Source: a virus
Reading direction: 5' to 3' (one strand)
Virus record (IMG/VR): IMGVR_UViG_3300021962_000077
Location: 1-64,000 of that record
Length of the DNA: 64,000 nt
Part shown: positions 19,290 to 28,570 of the stretch, in pieces
Layout: each line of letters opens with the position of its first letter
Position numbering within the stretch: position 1 is the first letter of the stretch
Made by a program: the position numbers and the translations under genes
The notes under the pieces: model-generated
What the model saw: only the letters and a program-made list of their open reading frames with translations
Told to the model about the DNA's origin: nothing
The model's database searches: none

Positions 19290-21551
19290 ATGGTAGAGCC
19301 TAGCAATGATTTACAAATGGTTTTTGAAAAAGCCATAAGTGTAGCCAAACAACTTCAGCATGAATATTTGACAATTGAACATTTGTTATTTGCCATGCTA
19401 TGCGAAGAAAGTTTTAGTAATTGTATTTCAGGATACGGTGCAGACCCTGAGTACATAAAAAAGAATTTAGAACATTATTTGAAAAATAAATGTGATGAAA
19501 TAGTAGGGGCTAGTACAGATGTTAAACCTCGAAAAACACAAACGGTAGAACGTGTATTAAATCGTGCATTTACACAAGTTTTATTCAATGGTCGTCAAAA
19601 AATTGAACCCACAGATGTTTTTGTTGCTATGATGGCTGAAAAACGTAGTTGGAGTTACTACTACATTCAGCAAGCAGAAATAGACAAAGATAAATTTGCC
19701 GAATATATCAACAGTGGAATAGAAAGTGACGAAGAAGAACAAGTGCCAGACAATCATGCAGATAAAGCATTAAAAGCATTTACCACAAATCTAAACGATG
19801 CTGTTAAGAAAAATAAAGTAGATCCAGTAATTGGCAGAATTGAAGAACTGGAAAATATAAGCCTTGCATTGGGTAGACGCAGTAAGAATAATGTTATTCT
19901 TGTTGGAGATCCTGGTGTAGGTAAAACTGCCATTGCAGAAGGTCTAGCATTTAACATTGTTAAAGGTGCAGTTCCAGAATTTCTTAAAGACTATCAAGTG
20001 TTTAATTTAGACATTAGTGCTATGTTAGCAGGTAGCAAATATCGTGGAGATTTCGAAGAAAGATTTAAACTTGTACTAAAAGGCCTACAAAAGAAAGGTA
20101 AAACAGTACTGTTCATTGACGAAGCACACATGATTAGTGGTGCAGGTTCGGCTAGCAATAGTGCTAACGATCTTAGCAATATGATGAAACCTGCTCTAAG
20201 TAAAGGTAATATCAAAGTAATTGCCAGCACTACTTGGGAAGAATATCGCAAACACTTCGAAAAGGATCGCGCATTGATGCGTCGATTCCAACGTATTACT
20301 GTAGACGAGCCTACTACAGAAGTTACACTACAGATACTTAAAGGCATCAAAAAATATTATGAACAATTTCATAATACAAAAATTAAAGATGATGCTCTAC
20401 AGGCTGCAATTAAACTTAGTGTAAGATATCAAACAGATAAAAAATTACCTGACAAAGCAATCGACTTAATCGACTTGGCTTGCAGCCGATTTAATCTTAA
20501 ACTAGCAGATGAAAGAGTGGTAACTGAAAATGAAATTCAATTTGAAATAGCCAAACTTCTTCAAATGCCTGAAGAACAGATCAGAGAAGCAGAAGATGTA
20601 GGCTTAGTAAAATTAGAAGATCAATTATCAGGAGAAGTTTATGGACAAGGCAAAGCAATTACAGAAATTGTTGATAAGATTCTTGTTGCTAGGGCTGGAC
20701 TTAAACCAGAAAACAAACCAGTTGGGAGTTTTGTATTCATGGGGCCAACCGGTTGCGGCAAAACAGAAACTGCTAAAGCTCTAAGTAAACACCTTGGTGT
20801 AAAACTTATTAGATTTGATATGAGTGAATATCAAGAAAAACACAGTATAAGTAAACTGATCGGTAGTCCTCCTGGGTATGTTGGCTTTGAAGAAAATGCC
20901 GGTCTGTTAATTACTCAGGTACAAGAGTCACCTAACTGTGTTTTATTATTCGATGAAATTGAAAAATCGCATCCTGATGTGAGTACAGTATTATTACAAA
21001 TGATGGATAACGGATTTGTTACAGGATCAAATGGGAAACGTGCTGATTGCAGAAATGTTATTTTAATTCTGACAACAAATCTTGGGGCTCAAGAAGCTGA
21101 AAAAAATACCATAGGTTTTGGTCGTCAAGAAAAAGATCATGATGATAAAGATCTTAAGAAATTCTTTACTCCAGAGTTCCGTAATAGACTCGATGCGATT
21201 GTTACATTTAATAAACTAAACAAAGAGACTATGGTTAAAATTATTCATAAGTTTGTTGATGAATTAAAAGATCAAGTCAAAGATAAAAGCATACGTGTTA
21301 AAATCGACTCTGCTGCTACAGAGTGGTTAATTGAAAAAGGGTTTGACGCTAAGATGGGTGCAAGACCGTTACAGCGTGTTATTGATAAAGAAATTAAACG
21401 TCCTATGGCTAGGTTAATGCTATTTGGAGATTTAAAACAAGGCGGTAGTTTAAGTATTACTGTTAAAGATGATCAAATTTTCTTAGTAGCAAAACCAAAA
21501 GCAGTTCGGATACCATTATTAACTGTGGAAAAGACAAGTGATACGGTGTAA
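19290..21551 (+). CDS. clpA: ClpA-like AAA+ chaperone
   Basis: Clp N-domain, two Walker A (GDPGVGKT, GPTGCGKT), IGF ClpP-docking loop, no ClpB middle coiled coil. Confidence 0.92.
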   Translation: MVEPSNDLQMVFEKAISVAKQLQHEYLTIEHLLFAMLCEESFSNCISGYGADPEYIKKNLEHYLKNKCDEIVGASTDVKPRKTQTVERVLNRAFTQVLFNGRQKIEPTDVFVAMMAEKRSWSYYYIQQAEIDKDKFAEYINSGIESDEEEQVPDNHADKALKAFTTNLNDAVKKNKVDPVIGRIEELENISLALGRRSKNNVILVGDPGVGKTAIAEGLAFNIVKGAVPEFLKDYQVFNLDISAMLAGSKYRGDFEERFKLVLKGLQKKGKTVLFIDEAHMISGAGSASNSANDLSNMMKPALSKGNIKVIASTTWEEYRKHFEKDRALMRRFQRITVDEPTTEVTLQILKGIKKYYEQFHNTKIKDDALQAAIKLSVRYQTDKKLPDKAIDLIDLACSRFNLKLADERVVTENEIQFEIAKLLQMPEEQIREAEDVGLVKLEDQLSGEVYGQGKAITEIVDKILVARAGLKPENKPVGSFVFMGPTGCGKTETAKALSKHLGVKLIRFDMSEYQEKHSISKLIGSPPGYVGFEENAGLLITQVQESPNCVLLFDEIEKSHPDVSTVLLQMMDNGFVTGSNGKRADCRNVILILTTNLGAQEAEKNTIGFGRQEKDHDDKDLKKFFTPEFRNRLDAIVTFNKLNKETMVKIIHKFVDELKDQVKDKSIRVKIDSAATEWLIEKGFDAKMGARPLQRVIDKEIKRPMARLMLFGDLKQGGSLSITVKDDQIFLVAKPKAVRIPLLTVEKTSDTV

Positions 21552-22173
21552 AGAAACTAAAAAACTGTTCATGGACGAGTATGCTTACAAGGCAGTATTA
21601 GTTGTTCCAGGAGCACACTGGTTTAGATCAAATGATTTGGATGGTGTTAGTAAAAGAATACGTGCCCTAAAACGCGGTGGTAGTCCCTACAAGTCTGGTT
21701 TTATTACTATAAAAAATGAAGATGATCTACAGTATATAGAAAAACTTGTCAAAGTATTAAAGCAGATGACTGACTTTAATATTAGAGTTGAGATCCCGTT
21801 AGTCAGTGTCTATACTAATTTACCAACAGACATTGACAAATTATGTAGTTTAGATTCAGAACGAGTCAAATATATATCTAAACCTCCTAGCCAAGGACTA
21901 GATAAAAATATAGTTGTTATGAATCGTACAGGTTGGGATTTTAAAATAACACTAGGACCAACTAGCCAAAATTACAGTAATTTTGTCGAATGGGCAGAAA
22001 ACGGGAAAGATCTTGTTAAATTAACAGGCAGCGCAAAGAGAGCTCTAATGCGTGACTCCCACTGGGGCGGCAGTCATTTTTATGCTAAAAACGACAAAGC
22101 AGTTACTATGACTCGTGTGTTTTTAGGCGATACAATCAGTAGAGTCGATCAAGTAGTTAATCTTAAAGATTAG
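21538..22173 (+). CDS. Hypothetical protein
   Basis: 211-aa ORF, GTG start overlapping the clpA end. Confidence 0.65.
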   Translation: MIRCKETKKLFMDEYAYKAVLVVPGAHWFRSNDLDGVSKRIRALKRGGSPYKSGFITIKNEDDLQYIEKLVKVLKQMTDFNIRVEIPLVSVYTNLPTDIDKLCSLDSERVKYISKPPSQGLDKNIVVMNRTGWDFKITLGPTSQNYSNFVEWAENGKDLVKLTGSAKRALMRDSHWGGSHFYAKNDKAVTMTRVFLGDTISRVDQVVNLKD

Positions 22174-22229
22174 GAAATATCTGTATACTGCGTTTACGAT
22201 AAATACATTGTAAATGCAGGATATTTCTT
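22172..22229 (+). promoter_or_regulatory. Late promoter (TAAATA 22200-22205) in the loop of an RBS-sequestering hairpin
   Basis: ctgcgtttacga-taaataca-ttgtaaatgcag plus outer aggaaatatc/gatatttctt. Confidence 0.7.
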
Positions 22230-22577
22230 ATGAAAATAATAGAGCTATTTGAGGACTTTCAACTACCTTCAGAAAAAAAGGACGATAAACTACCCTTTGA
22301 TCTTAAAGACGATTTAGAATTCTTCATGCGAAATGACGATGATTTTTATCGTCGTCACTACTATCCTCACATCATCAAATGTAAAAACTATATGGAATCA
22401 GGCAAAAACCTGGGTCCACGTGCATTTAAAAAACTTGTAAACCACGCTTACGAGTGCTATACTAAAAAATTCCCTGTTCGTCAATTACCTGATTCATTAG
22501 AAGAAGACATAGTTAACAAGATATGTTCTAAATTGCATAATGAAGAAGTAAAATATATTAAAGAAAAAGTCTATTGA
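22230..22577 (+). CDS. Hypothetical protein with CTS-like N-terminus
   Basis: MKIIELFE start. Confidence 0.65.
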   Translation: MKIIELFEDFQLPSEKKDDKLPFDLKDDLEFFMRNDDDFYRRHYYPHIIKCKNYMESGKNLGPRAFKKLVNHAYECYTKKFPVRQLPDSLEEDIVNKICSKLHNEEVKYIKEKVY

Positions 22578-22578
22578 T

Positions 22579-23310
22579 ATGAAACTCAAAGAAGGCGGCA
22601 ATGTAGTTCCAGGTGCTGTAGAACTTACACGCAAAAATTTTAATACAGCAGTACATAATCTAAAAAAAGTGTTGCCTGACGGTATTAATGTATATCCTAT
22701 TGGATCAGCTGGGCACAAAGAAGTTAGCAGTGACATTGATGCACTTATTGATGCCGGCGAACTTATGGCTGTTTTTCCCGCTAAAGAATTAAAATTAAGT
22801 CGTAAAGCATTAGAAGATTACTTTAAAGAACAAGGCCTGTTTGCTGCTAGAACAGGAGTAAGTATCCACGTTGGTATCCCTACTGGTGAAGGCGATAGCG
22901 TAGTACAAGTAGACTTAATGGCAGTAGAAAATGCTGCCCGCGTACAACCTTTACACACGCATGATTATACCGATCCAACTATGAAAGGTGGAACCTTACA
23001 TGGTATGTGGGCAGATCTTGCCAACCTAAGTTCTTTACCCGATCATTCTAGTTTAATGATGAGTCCATATAAAGGTCTAGTAGACAGAGAAACTAAAGAA
23101 TTAATAACACACGACAAAGACGAGATAGCAAAAATTATTATCGGTCCTACTGCCAGTGCAAGCGACATGGGTAATCCTAAAAGAGTATTAGCCGCGCTAC
23201 AACAATATCCAGACAAGTATAAAGCAATCAAAGACAAATACTTCCCACAAGAAAGTCTAGGCACAGCCAGTTGGTTTAGACAAATGATTAATATTGCGAG
23301 CGTAAAATGA
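22579..23310 (+). CDS. Pol-beta-superfamily nucleotidyltransferase-like protein
   Basis: IGSAG-x6-DID...VQVDLM (GS, DxD, third D). Confidence 0.65.
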   Translation: MKLKEGGNVVPGAVELTRKNFNTAVHNLKKVLPDGINVYPIGSAGHKEVSSDIDALIDAGELMAVFPAKELKLSRKALEDYFKEQGLFAARTGVSIHVGIPTGEGDSVVQVDLMAVENAARVQPLHTHDYTDPTMKGGTLHGMWADLANLSSLPDHSSLMMSPYKGLVDRETKELITHDKDEIAKIIIGPTASASDMGNPKRVLAALQQYPDKYKAIKDKYFPQESLGTASWFRQMINIASVK

Positions 23311-24458
23311 GACTAAGACAACTGTTTGAAGCTGCGCCTCCGGCTGTTGGTCGTAAATATCAACATATTGAAGATCTTGTTTTCACCAATGGTTCAAGTG
23401 GTGGCTTGCATGCCATTGAACGTATGCGTCATATGACAGAAGCAGGTGGCAACATTGAATTAAAATGGGATGGCAGTCCTGTTATATATTGGGGCAGAGA
23501 TGAAGCGGGTAGATTTAGTCTAATACCAAAAAATGCTTGGGAATATCTCAAAAGAGGTAAAACAGAAACTAATACTGGTGCCAAGACAGTAATGAATTCT
23601 GCAGAAGATGTTAGAAATTTTATCATGCAGACCGGCAAAGCAGAACCAGGTAGAGAAGCAGAAAGAAAACAGTACGCTAAACAACTAGCTGATCTTTGGC
23701 ATTTGTTTGAACAGGCTAGTCCTGAACGTGGATTTATTGAAGGCGGTCTATTATTCTTTCCTGGTGCGCCAGCTGTACTAAACAAACAAACACTAGAATG
23801 GGATTTCACTCCTAATATTACCAGTTTCCATATACCAAAAGATTCAGAACTAGGTAAACGTATTGGCAAAGCTAAAGTAATGATTGCTGCCACTGGCTAC
23901 TATGAATCACTGGGTAGTAGTGATGAATCACGTTATCCGAACGCAGAAGAATTATCTACACCCACAGTTATTGTGCAAGGTACTACCTATGTAGAAGAAG
24001 CACCTAATATTCCGCAAGAAGGTCTTGACCGTATAGAAAATTTCATACAAACAAATGCTGCTGCCATTGACGGATTTATTGCAGGTCAGCCTGGTCTAAG
24101 TAAACCAGGTGATGTTCTTTATAAGTTTTACAATCAAAATTTACGAATAGCTGGTGTTAAGCAAAAGTTTATCGATTGGGCTACTGCTAATTTGTCAGCA
24201 GGACAAGCACAAAAGGTAGTAAAAGATCCTAGACTAAATGTTGTATTAGATGCTGTGGAAATGTTAACTAACGAAAAGATGAAGATTATTCAACAGTTAA
24301 GTCAAGGTACACATGGAAATATTAGACAGACTAAACCAGAAGGTTATGTGCAAGCGCATCCAGGAGCACGAGCATCTGGAGAACCGTTTAAACATGATTT
24401 GCCTGGACAGTTTGTCAAGGCTATTGACCAAGCCAATTGGGCTCCAAGGAAAGACTAA
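23307..24458 (+). CDS. ATP-dependent ligase-like (KxDG) nucleotidyltransferase
   Basis: HIEDL, KWDGSP (motif I), IEGG, PEGYV, VKAID; MRLRQLFE start. Confidence 0.6.
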   Translation: MRLRQLFEAAPPAVGRKYQHIEDLVFTNGSSGGLHAIERMRHMTEAGGNIELKWDGSPVIYWGRDEAGRFSLIPKNAWEYLKRGKTETNTGAKTVMNSAEDVRNFIMQTGKAEPGREAERKQYAKQLADLWHLFEQASPERGFIEGGLLFFPGAPAVLNKQTLEWDFTPNITSFHIPKDSELGKRIGKAKVMIAATGYYESLGSSDESRYPNAEELSTPTVIVQGTTYVEEAPNIPQEGLDRIENFIQTNAAAIDGFIAGQPGLSKPGDVLYKFYNQNLRIAGVKQKFIDWATANLSAGQAQKVVKDPRLNVVLDAVEMLTNEKMKIIQQLSQGTHGNIRQTKPEGYVQAHPGARASGEPFKHDLPGQFVKAIDQANWAPRKD

Positions 24459-24459
24459 T

Positions 24460-25266
24460 ATGCGTCTAAGAGAATTATTACAAGAAGATATAGATAGAAC
24501 AGGCGAAGGTAAAAGTGCAGTTGTAGGCTGGGGGCGTGGTATGGGGCATAAAGGCCATATGTTCTTGGCCAGTAGTGTTATTACACAAGCCAACGATACC
24601 GATAGTGATCCATATTTTGTTGTTAGTCGTACTGTTGGCAAAGATGATCCTATTACGCCAGAAGAAAAATTAGCAATTTATAAAAAAGTATTTCCTAAAC
24701 ACGGTCATATCTTTCAAACAGCTACAGAAGAAATGCCCGACCTTACACGAGTCTTAACTAGATTAAATCAGCATGGGTACACAGATGTAACTGTGGTTGT
24801 AGGTGCAGATCAAGTTAACGCTCTAAGTTATGTAAAAAATTATAATGGTAAACCTAACAAAGCAGGAGATATTCCGTTTCATTTTAACACATTAAATGTT
24901 ATCAGCAGACAAGAAACAAATGATCCAAGCCGCGAACAAGAAGGACCACGTGCTACACCTATGCGAGCTGCTTTAATGGATCCTACAAAGTCAGAAGAAG
25001 AAAAATTTGCTGTATGGCGTGATGCTATGAGTCCAGAGCTTAGTGACGAAGAAGTTATGGATCTAATGCAGAAAGCACAACAACGTATGGCTAGTTTTGA
25101 AAAACCTAAAGCGGCAAAGAAAAGTAAAGAAAAAGAAGTAGCAGAAGTTGCACCCAAAGGTTGGGAAGGTACTGTTAAAGCTATGAAGAAACACGATGAT
25201 ATTGATAATCCATGGGCACTAGCACATTGGATGAAAAACAAAGGCTATAAAAGTCATAAGAAATGA
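24460..25266 (+). CDS. HxGH cytidyltransferase/adenylyltransferase-like protein with basic C-terminal module
   Basis: WGRGMGHKGH, VVGADQ, RATPMR; MRLRELLQE start. Confidence 0.65.
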   Translation: MRLRELLQEDIDRTGEGKSAVVGWGRGMGHKGHMFLASSVITQANDTDSDPYFVVSRTVGKDDPITPEEKLAIYKKVFPKHGHIFQTATEEMPDLTRVLTRLNQHGYTDVTVVVGADQVNALSYVKNYNGKPNKAGDIPFHFNTLNVISRQETNDPSREQEGPRATPMRAALMDPTKSEEEKFAVWRDAMSPELSDEEVMDLMQKAQQRMASFEKPKAAKKSKEKEVAEVAPKGWEGTVKAMKKHDDIDNPWALAHWMKNKGYKSHKK

Positions 25267-25550
25267 AACAGTATAGAATTACATCAGCCGATATTAATCA
25301 AAGTAGCCCAGACGATTGTTATCTTGCACCTGAAGATCCTATACATGAATTAAAAGCCATACAACATCTAGCTGGATTAGGCAGTGATGCTAGACTACAT
25401 GAATTGCGTGTCAAACAAGGTAGTAATATATCTGTAACTGGTATGGAAAAAGCAGAGCTAATGCGTAAGCATAATATTAAACCCGGAACTGACGAATGGT
25501 TTAAACTTTGGTTTAGCAAGCCTTATCTTACAGGAGAAAAACCTGTATGA
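25263..25550 (+). CDS. Hypothetical protein
   Basis: Coupled 95-aa ORF; IKPGTDEWFKLWF. Confidence 0.6.
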   Translation: MKQYRITSADINQSSPDDCYLAPEDPIHELKAIQHLAGLGSDARLHELRVKQGSNISVTGMEKAELMRKHNIKPGTDEWFKLWFSKPYLTGEKPV

Positions 25551-26950
25551 AAATTTTAGATATTCTTGAAGACCAAACTGATCAGCCAGATCTGATACAG
25601 GCATTTAAAGATTTCCTGCCGTTGGCAATGAAAGAACTTGATCTTTCTCAACTACCACCTATTAAATTAGAACCAAAAATAGAACAAAAAAATCAGCCCA
25701 CCTTTGGACGGTTTCAAGAAAAGGCACAGGTGATTTATCTTGGTATAAAAAATAGGCATCCTATTGACATACTAAGAACTCTGGCACACGAGCTTGTACA
25801 CTATAAACAACTATTAGACGGTAAACTTGGAAGTAAGCACAGTGGTGACACCGGAAGTCCAACTGAGAACGAAGCACATGTAAGAGCAGGAATTATAATG
25901 AGACATTTTGGCAAACAATTTCCTCATTATTTTGATGATCAAGCAGTAGAACTAGACGAAGATGCAAGTGATCGTGAAATACATAACTATGAAAAACTAG
26001 ACAAGATTCTAGTTTTATTATGTAAAATGGTCGTTAAAGGTCAAAAGAAAGACAAAGATTACTATGGTATGGTTGCAGCCTGTGTTTTAGATCCCGATAA
26101 TCGCATGGTTGCTAAGGTAAACTATCCTAGAGAAGACGGACTACGTGTTCATGCAGAACGTGCTGCTATGGAAGCATATTATGACAAATATGGAGAAATA
26201 CCCGAAGGTAGTATTGTAGTGACCACACTAAGTCCTTGCAATGAGTTTAGTGACGAAACAGCAGACGGACGTGCGGGTAACAACTGTGTAGATCTAATTA
26301 ATAATAGTCCAATACGTAAAGTCTATTGTGGTTATATGGATCCTAGTCAAGGTGACGAATCACATGCGGAACGTGACTTTAATCTTATGGAAACTGAAAA
26401 CGGTAGCATACGTGAACTATGCAAATCTTTTGCAGATACTTTTTTAGACGAAGATCAACATCCAAATGACATACCACGCGGTCCTGAATTTAAACCTACT
26501 ATGCCAGCAGGTACTGTTAGAGTAGATGTAAGCGATGTATATGACTGGTATAAGTTAGGTAAAAATATCAGCAACTTAGGTAATGCTAAAGCTAGTGATT
26601 TTGGTAAGGGACCTCCTAGTACTATTATGGCATTTGGCAGCGAGCCTGAAGAACACAAGTATATTAAGAATCTAAAGAAGTTAGGATTAGATACTACTGA
26701 CATAGATCCCCTTGATCCTAAGCAACCTAAAAAAATGCCTCGTCAGAAGGTTGATCCTACTTACAACGTAGGAGAAAATTTTGCTGATGGTAAAAATCCT
26801 GGACGCAAAGGTCTAGCCAAACGCAGCGGTGTTAATACTAAAGCATCAGTAAGTACATTACGCAACGTGGCTAAACACAGCTCGGGTGAAAAGGCTCGTA
26901 TGGCACATTGGCTAGCCAACATGAAGGCTGGTAAGGCTAAAAAGAAATGA
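25547..26950 (+). CDS. Multidomain protein: zincin-like HExxH domain + RibD-like zinc deaminase + basic C-terminal module
   Basis: RTLAHELVH...E.EA; VHAERAA...TLSPC-x14-C...GYMDP; MKILDILE start. Confidence 0.7.
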   Translation: MKILDILEDQTDQPDLIQAFKDFLPLAMKELDLSQLPPIKLEPKIEQKNQPTFGRFQEKAQVIYLGIKNRHPIDILRTLAHELVHYKQLLDGKLGSKHSGDTGSPTENEAHVRAGIIMRHFGKQFPHYFDDQAVELDEDASDREIHNYEKLDKILVLLCKMVVKGQKKDKDYYGMVAACVLDPDNRMVAKVNYPREDGLRVHAERAAMEAYYDKYGEIPEGSIVVTTLSPCNEFSDETADGRAGNNCVDLINNSPIRKVYCGYMDPSQGDESHAERDFNLMETENGSIRELCKSFADTFLDEDQHPNDIPRGPEFKPTMPAGTVRVDVSDVYDWYKLGKNISNLGNAKASDFGKGPPSTIMAFGSEPEEHKYIKNLKKLGLDTTDIDPLDPKQPKKMPRQKVDPTYNVGENFADGKNPGRKGLAKRSGVNTKASVSTLRNVAKHSSGEKARMAHWLANMKAGKAKKK

Positions 26951-27546
26951 CTCTAGTTTATATACATGGTGCAAGTGCTACTAGCGAAAGTTTTAACTAC
27001 ATTCGCGAGCACATACCCGGAAAAAACATATCTGTTAACTATAACAGTGCCGATGGGTTTGAACATAACCTTAAAGATATGCAGACTGCACTAACAGATA
27101 TAGAAGATATTTTCTTTGTTGCACACAGCCTAGGGGGTATTTACGCATTGCACCTTGCAAATTATATGCCCAATCAAGTTATAGGTGCTGTAACTCTAAG
27201 CACGCCATATGGCGGTGCAGAACATGCAGACTATGCCAAATATTTTTTACCTTTTAGTAGATTACTACGTGATATAGGACCTAGTAGCTGGCCTATGCGA
27301 CAAGCAAATAAAATAGAAATACACCATCCTTGGACCAATGTAGTTACTGTGAAAGGATCGGCCCCTTGGATTATAGGCGATAATGATGGTGTTGTCACTG
27401 TTCGTAGCCAAAAAGAACACGAACACGATATGGAAATTATAGAAGTAAACATTAATCATTACGAAGTAGTGCTAAGTGAACAAGTTGTTGACATTATTAA
27501 AGAACGAATAAATATGCATACGAGTCAAAAATATGAAAATACTTGA
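26947..27546 (+). CDS. Alpha/beta hydrolase (lipase/esterase-like)
   Basis: YIHG, AHSLGG nucleophile elbow, TPYGG, NDGVV, NH. Confidence 0.85.
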   Translation: MTLVYIHGASATSESFNYIREHIPGKNISVNYNSADGFEHNLKDMQTALTDIEDIFFVAHSLGGIYALHLANYMPNQVIGAVTLSTPYGGAEHADYAKYFLPFSRLLRDIGPSSWPMRQANKIEIHHPWTNVVTVKGSAPWIIGDNDGVVTVRSQKEHEHDMEIIEVNINHYEVVLSEQVVDIIKERINMHTSQKYENT

Positions 27547-27910
27547 AATCATTACGGAAAGCGGTGGAATGAAACCTATACATCCGCAGCACAAAGCGGC
27601 TATTAAAAATGCCACTACTTTTCCATCGATGAATATGAATTCTGGAAGTCAATATTTAGGATATCGTATGGGCATTGCTCTAGCAGGTGCTCCTGAATAT
27701 CCCACTAAACAAGAAGCAGATAACTGGATCGGAGGAGATCCTTTACTAGCGCCATATACTGAAGAAGAAAACGAAATGATAAATGCCGCTGCCAAACAAG
27801 TAGGCGGAGGTAAAAGGCAAACATGGAGTAACAATCGCAGCTTAGAAACTGCGGATGTAAACAAAACAAGTCCTGTGGCTAAACGCAAAAAGAACAAATA
27901 CGGAGTTTAA
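27533..27910 (+). CDS. Hypothetical protein with CTS-like N-terminus
   Basis: MKILEIITE start; TAAATA at 27509-27514. Confidence 0.65.
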   Translation: MKILEIITESGGMKPIHPQHKAAIKNATTFPSMNMNSGSQYLGYRMGIALAGAPEYPTKQEADNWIGGDPLLAPYTEEENEMINAAAKQVGGGKRQTWSNNRSLETADVNKTSPVAKRKKNKYGV

Positions 27911-27911
27911 A

Positions 27912-28547
27912 ATGAAGATAACAGATTTATTAAATGAAGAACAGATTGCAGAAATTAGTCTAGGTGATTATCGTAAAAAAGCTATGTTAAACAAAGCCAT
28001 GGCTCAGACAGACAAATTTTTTGGCCGTGACGATCCTGAAAAAGTAGCTCATGCTGATAGAACTATTGCAAAGAGAGAAAAGGGTCTAGCCCGTGCAGAT
28101 CATCGTGCAGAGAAAAAATTACAAGCAATGCCAAAACACGAACCAGCTCCTCGTGATCCTGCTGCTGATGCAGAACGATTGGCTAAAATGAAAGCACGTT
28201 TTAGACAGCTAGGCGGAACTAGTTATCAATATGCAGATAGGATGAGTGACGATGATCGTGAAGCACAAGATCTACATCAGGCTATTCAACGTTTAGAAAG
28301 ACACTTAGGAGAAACTGCTAGTGCCGGTGCTACTAGTGCTGCTAGTATTGGTACTGTAGATGCCCCACATATTAGCCCAGGTAAAGCACGTGGTAAAAAG
28401 AGCTATACCGGTAGCCCTAGTACAGGGTCCGGGACAAAAGCACCACCACAGCCTAAGATTATACAGCCTAAAACCAGTTCAGGTACTGCTAAGAATGCAT
28501 TAGATATGAAGGGCGCGAACTTATTCGGCGCACCTATTAAACGATAA
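27912..28547 (+). CDS. Putative internal head protein
   Basis: MKITDLLNE start; modules begin after AE/GE (EISLG, ETASAGATS). Confidence 0.6.
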   Translation: MKITDLLNEEQIAEISLGDYRKKAMLNKAMAQTDKFFGRDDPEKVAHADRTIAKREKGLARADHRAEKKLQAMPKHEPAPRDPAADAERLAKMKARFRQLGGTSYQYADRMSDDDREAQDLHQAIQRLERHLGETASAGATSAASIGTVDAPHISPGKARGKKSYTGSPSTGSGTKAPPQPKIIQPKTSSGTAKNALDMKGANLFGAPIKR

Positions 28548-28570
28548 ATATACAATAACGGAGATTTACA

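Noticed and set aside
24313-24459. N-terminal extension of the 24313..25266 ORF
   Set aside because: Overlaps the upstream gene; ATG 24460 follows its stop and gives the shared MRLRELLQE leader.
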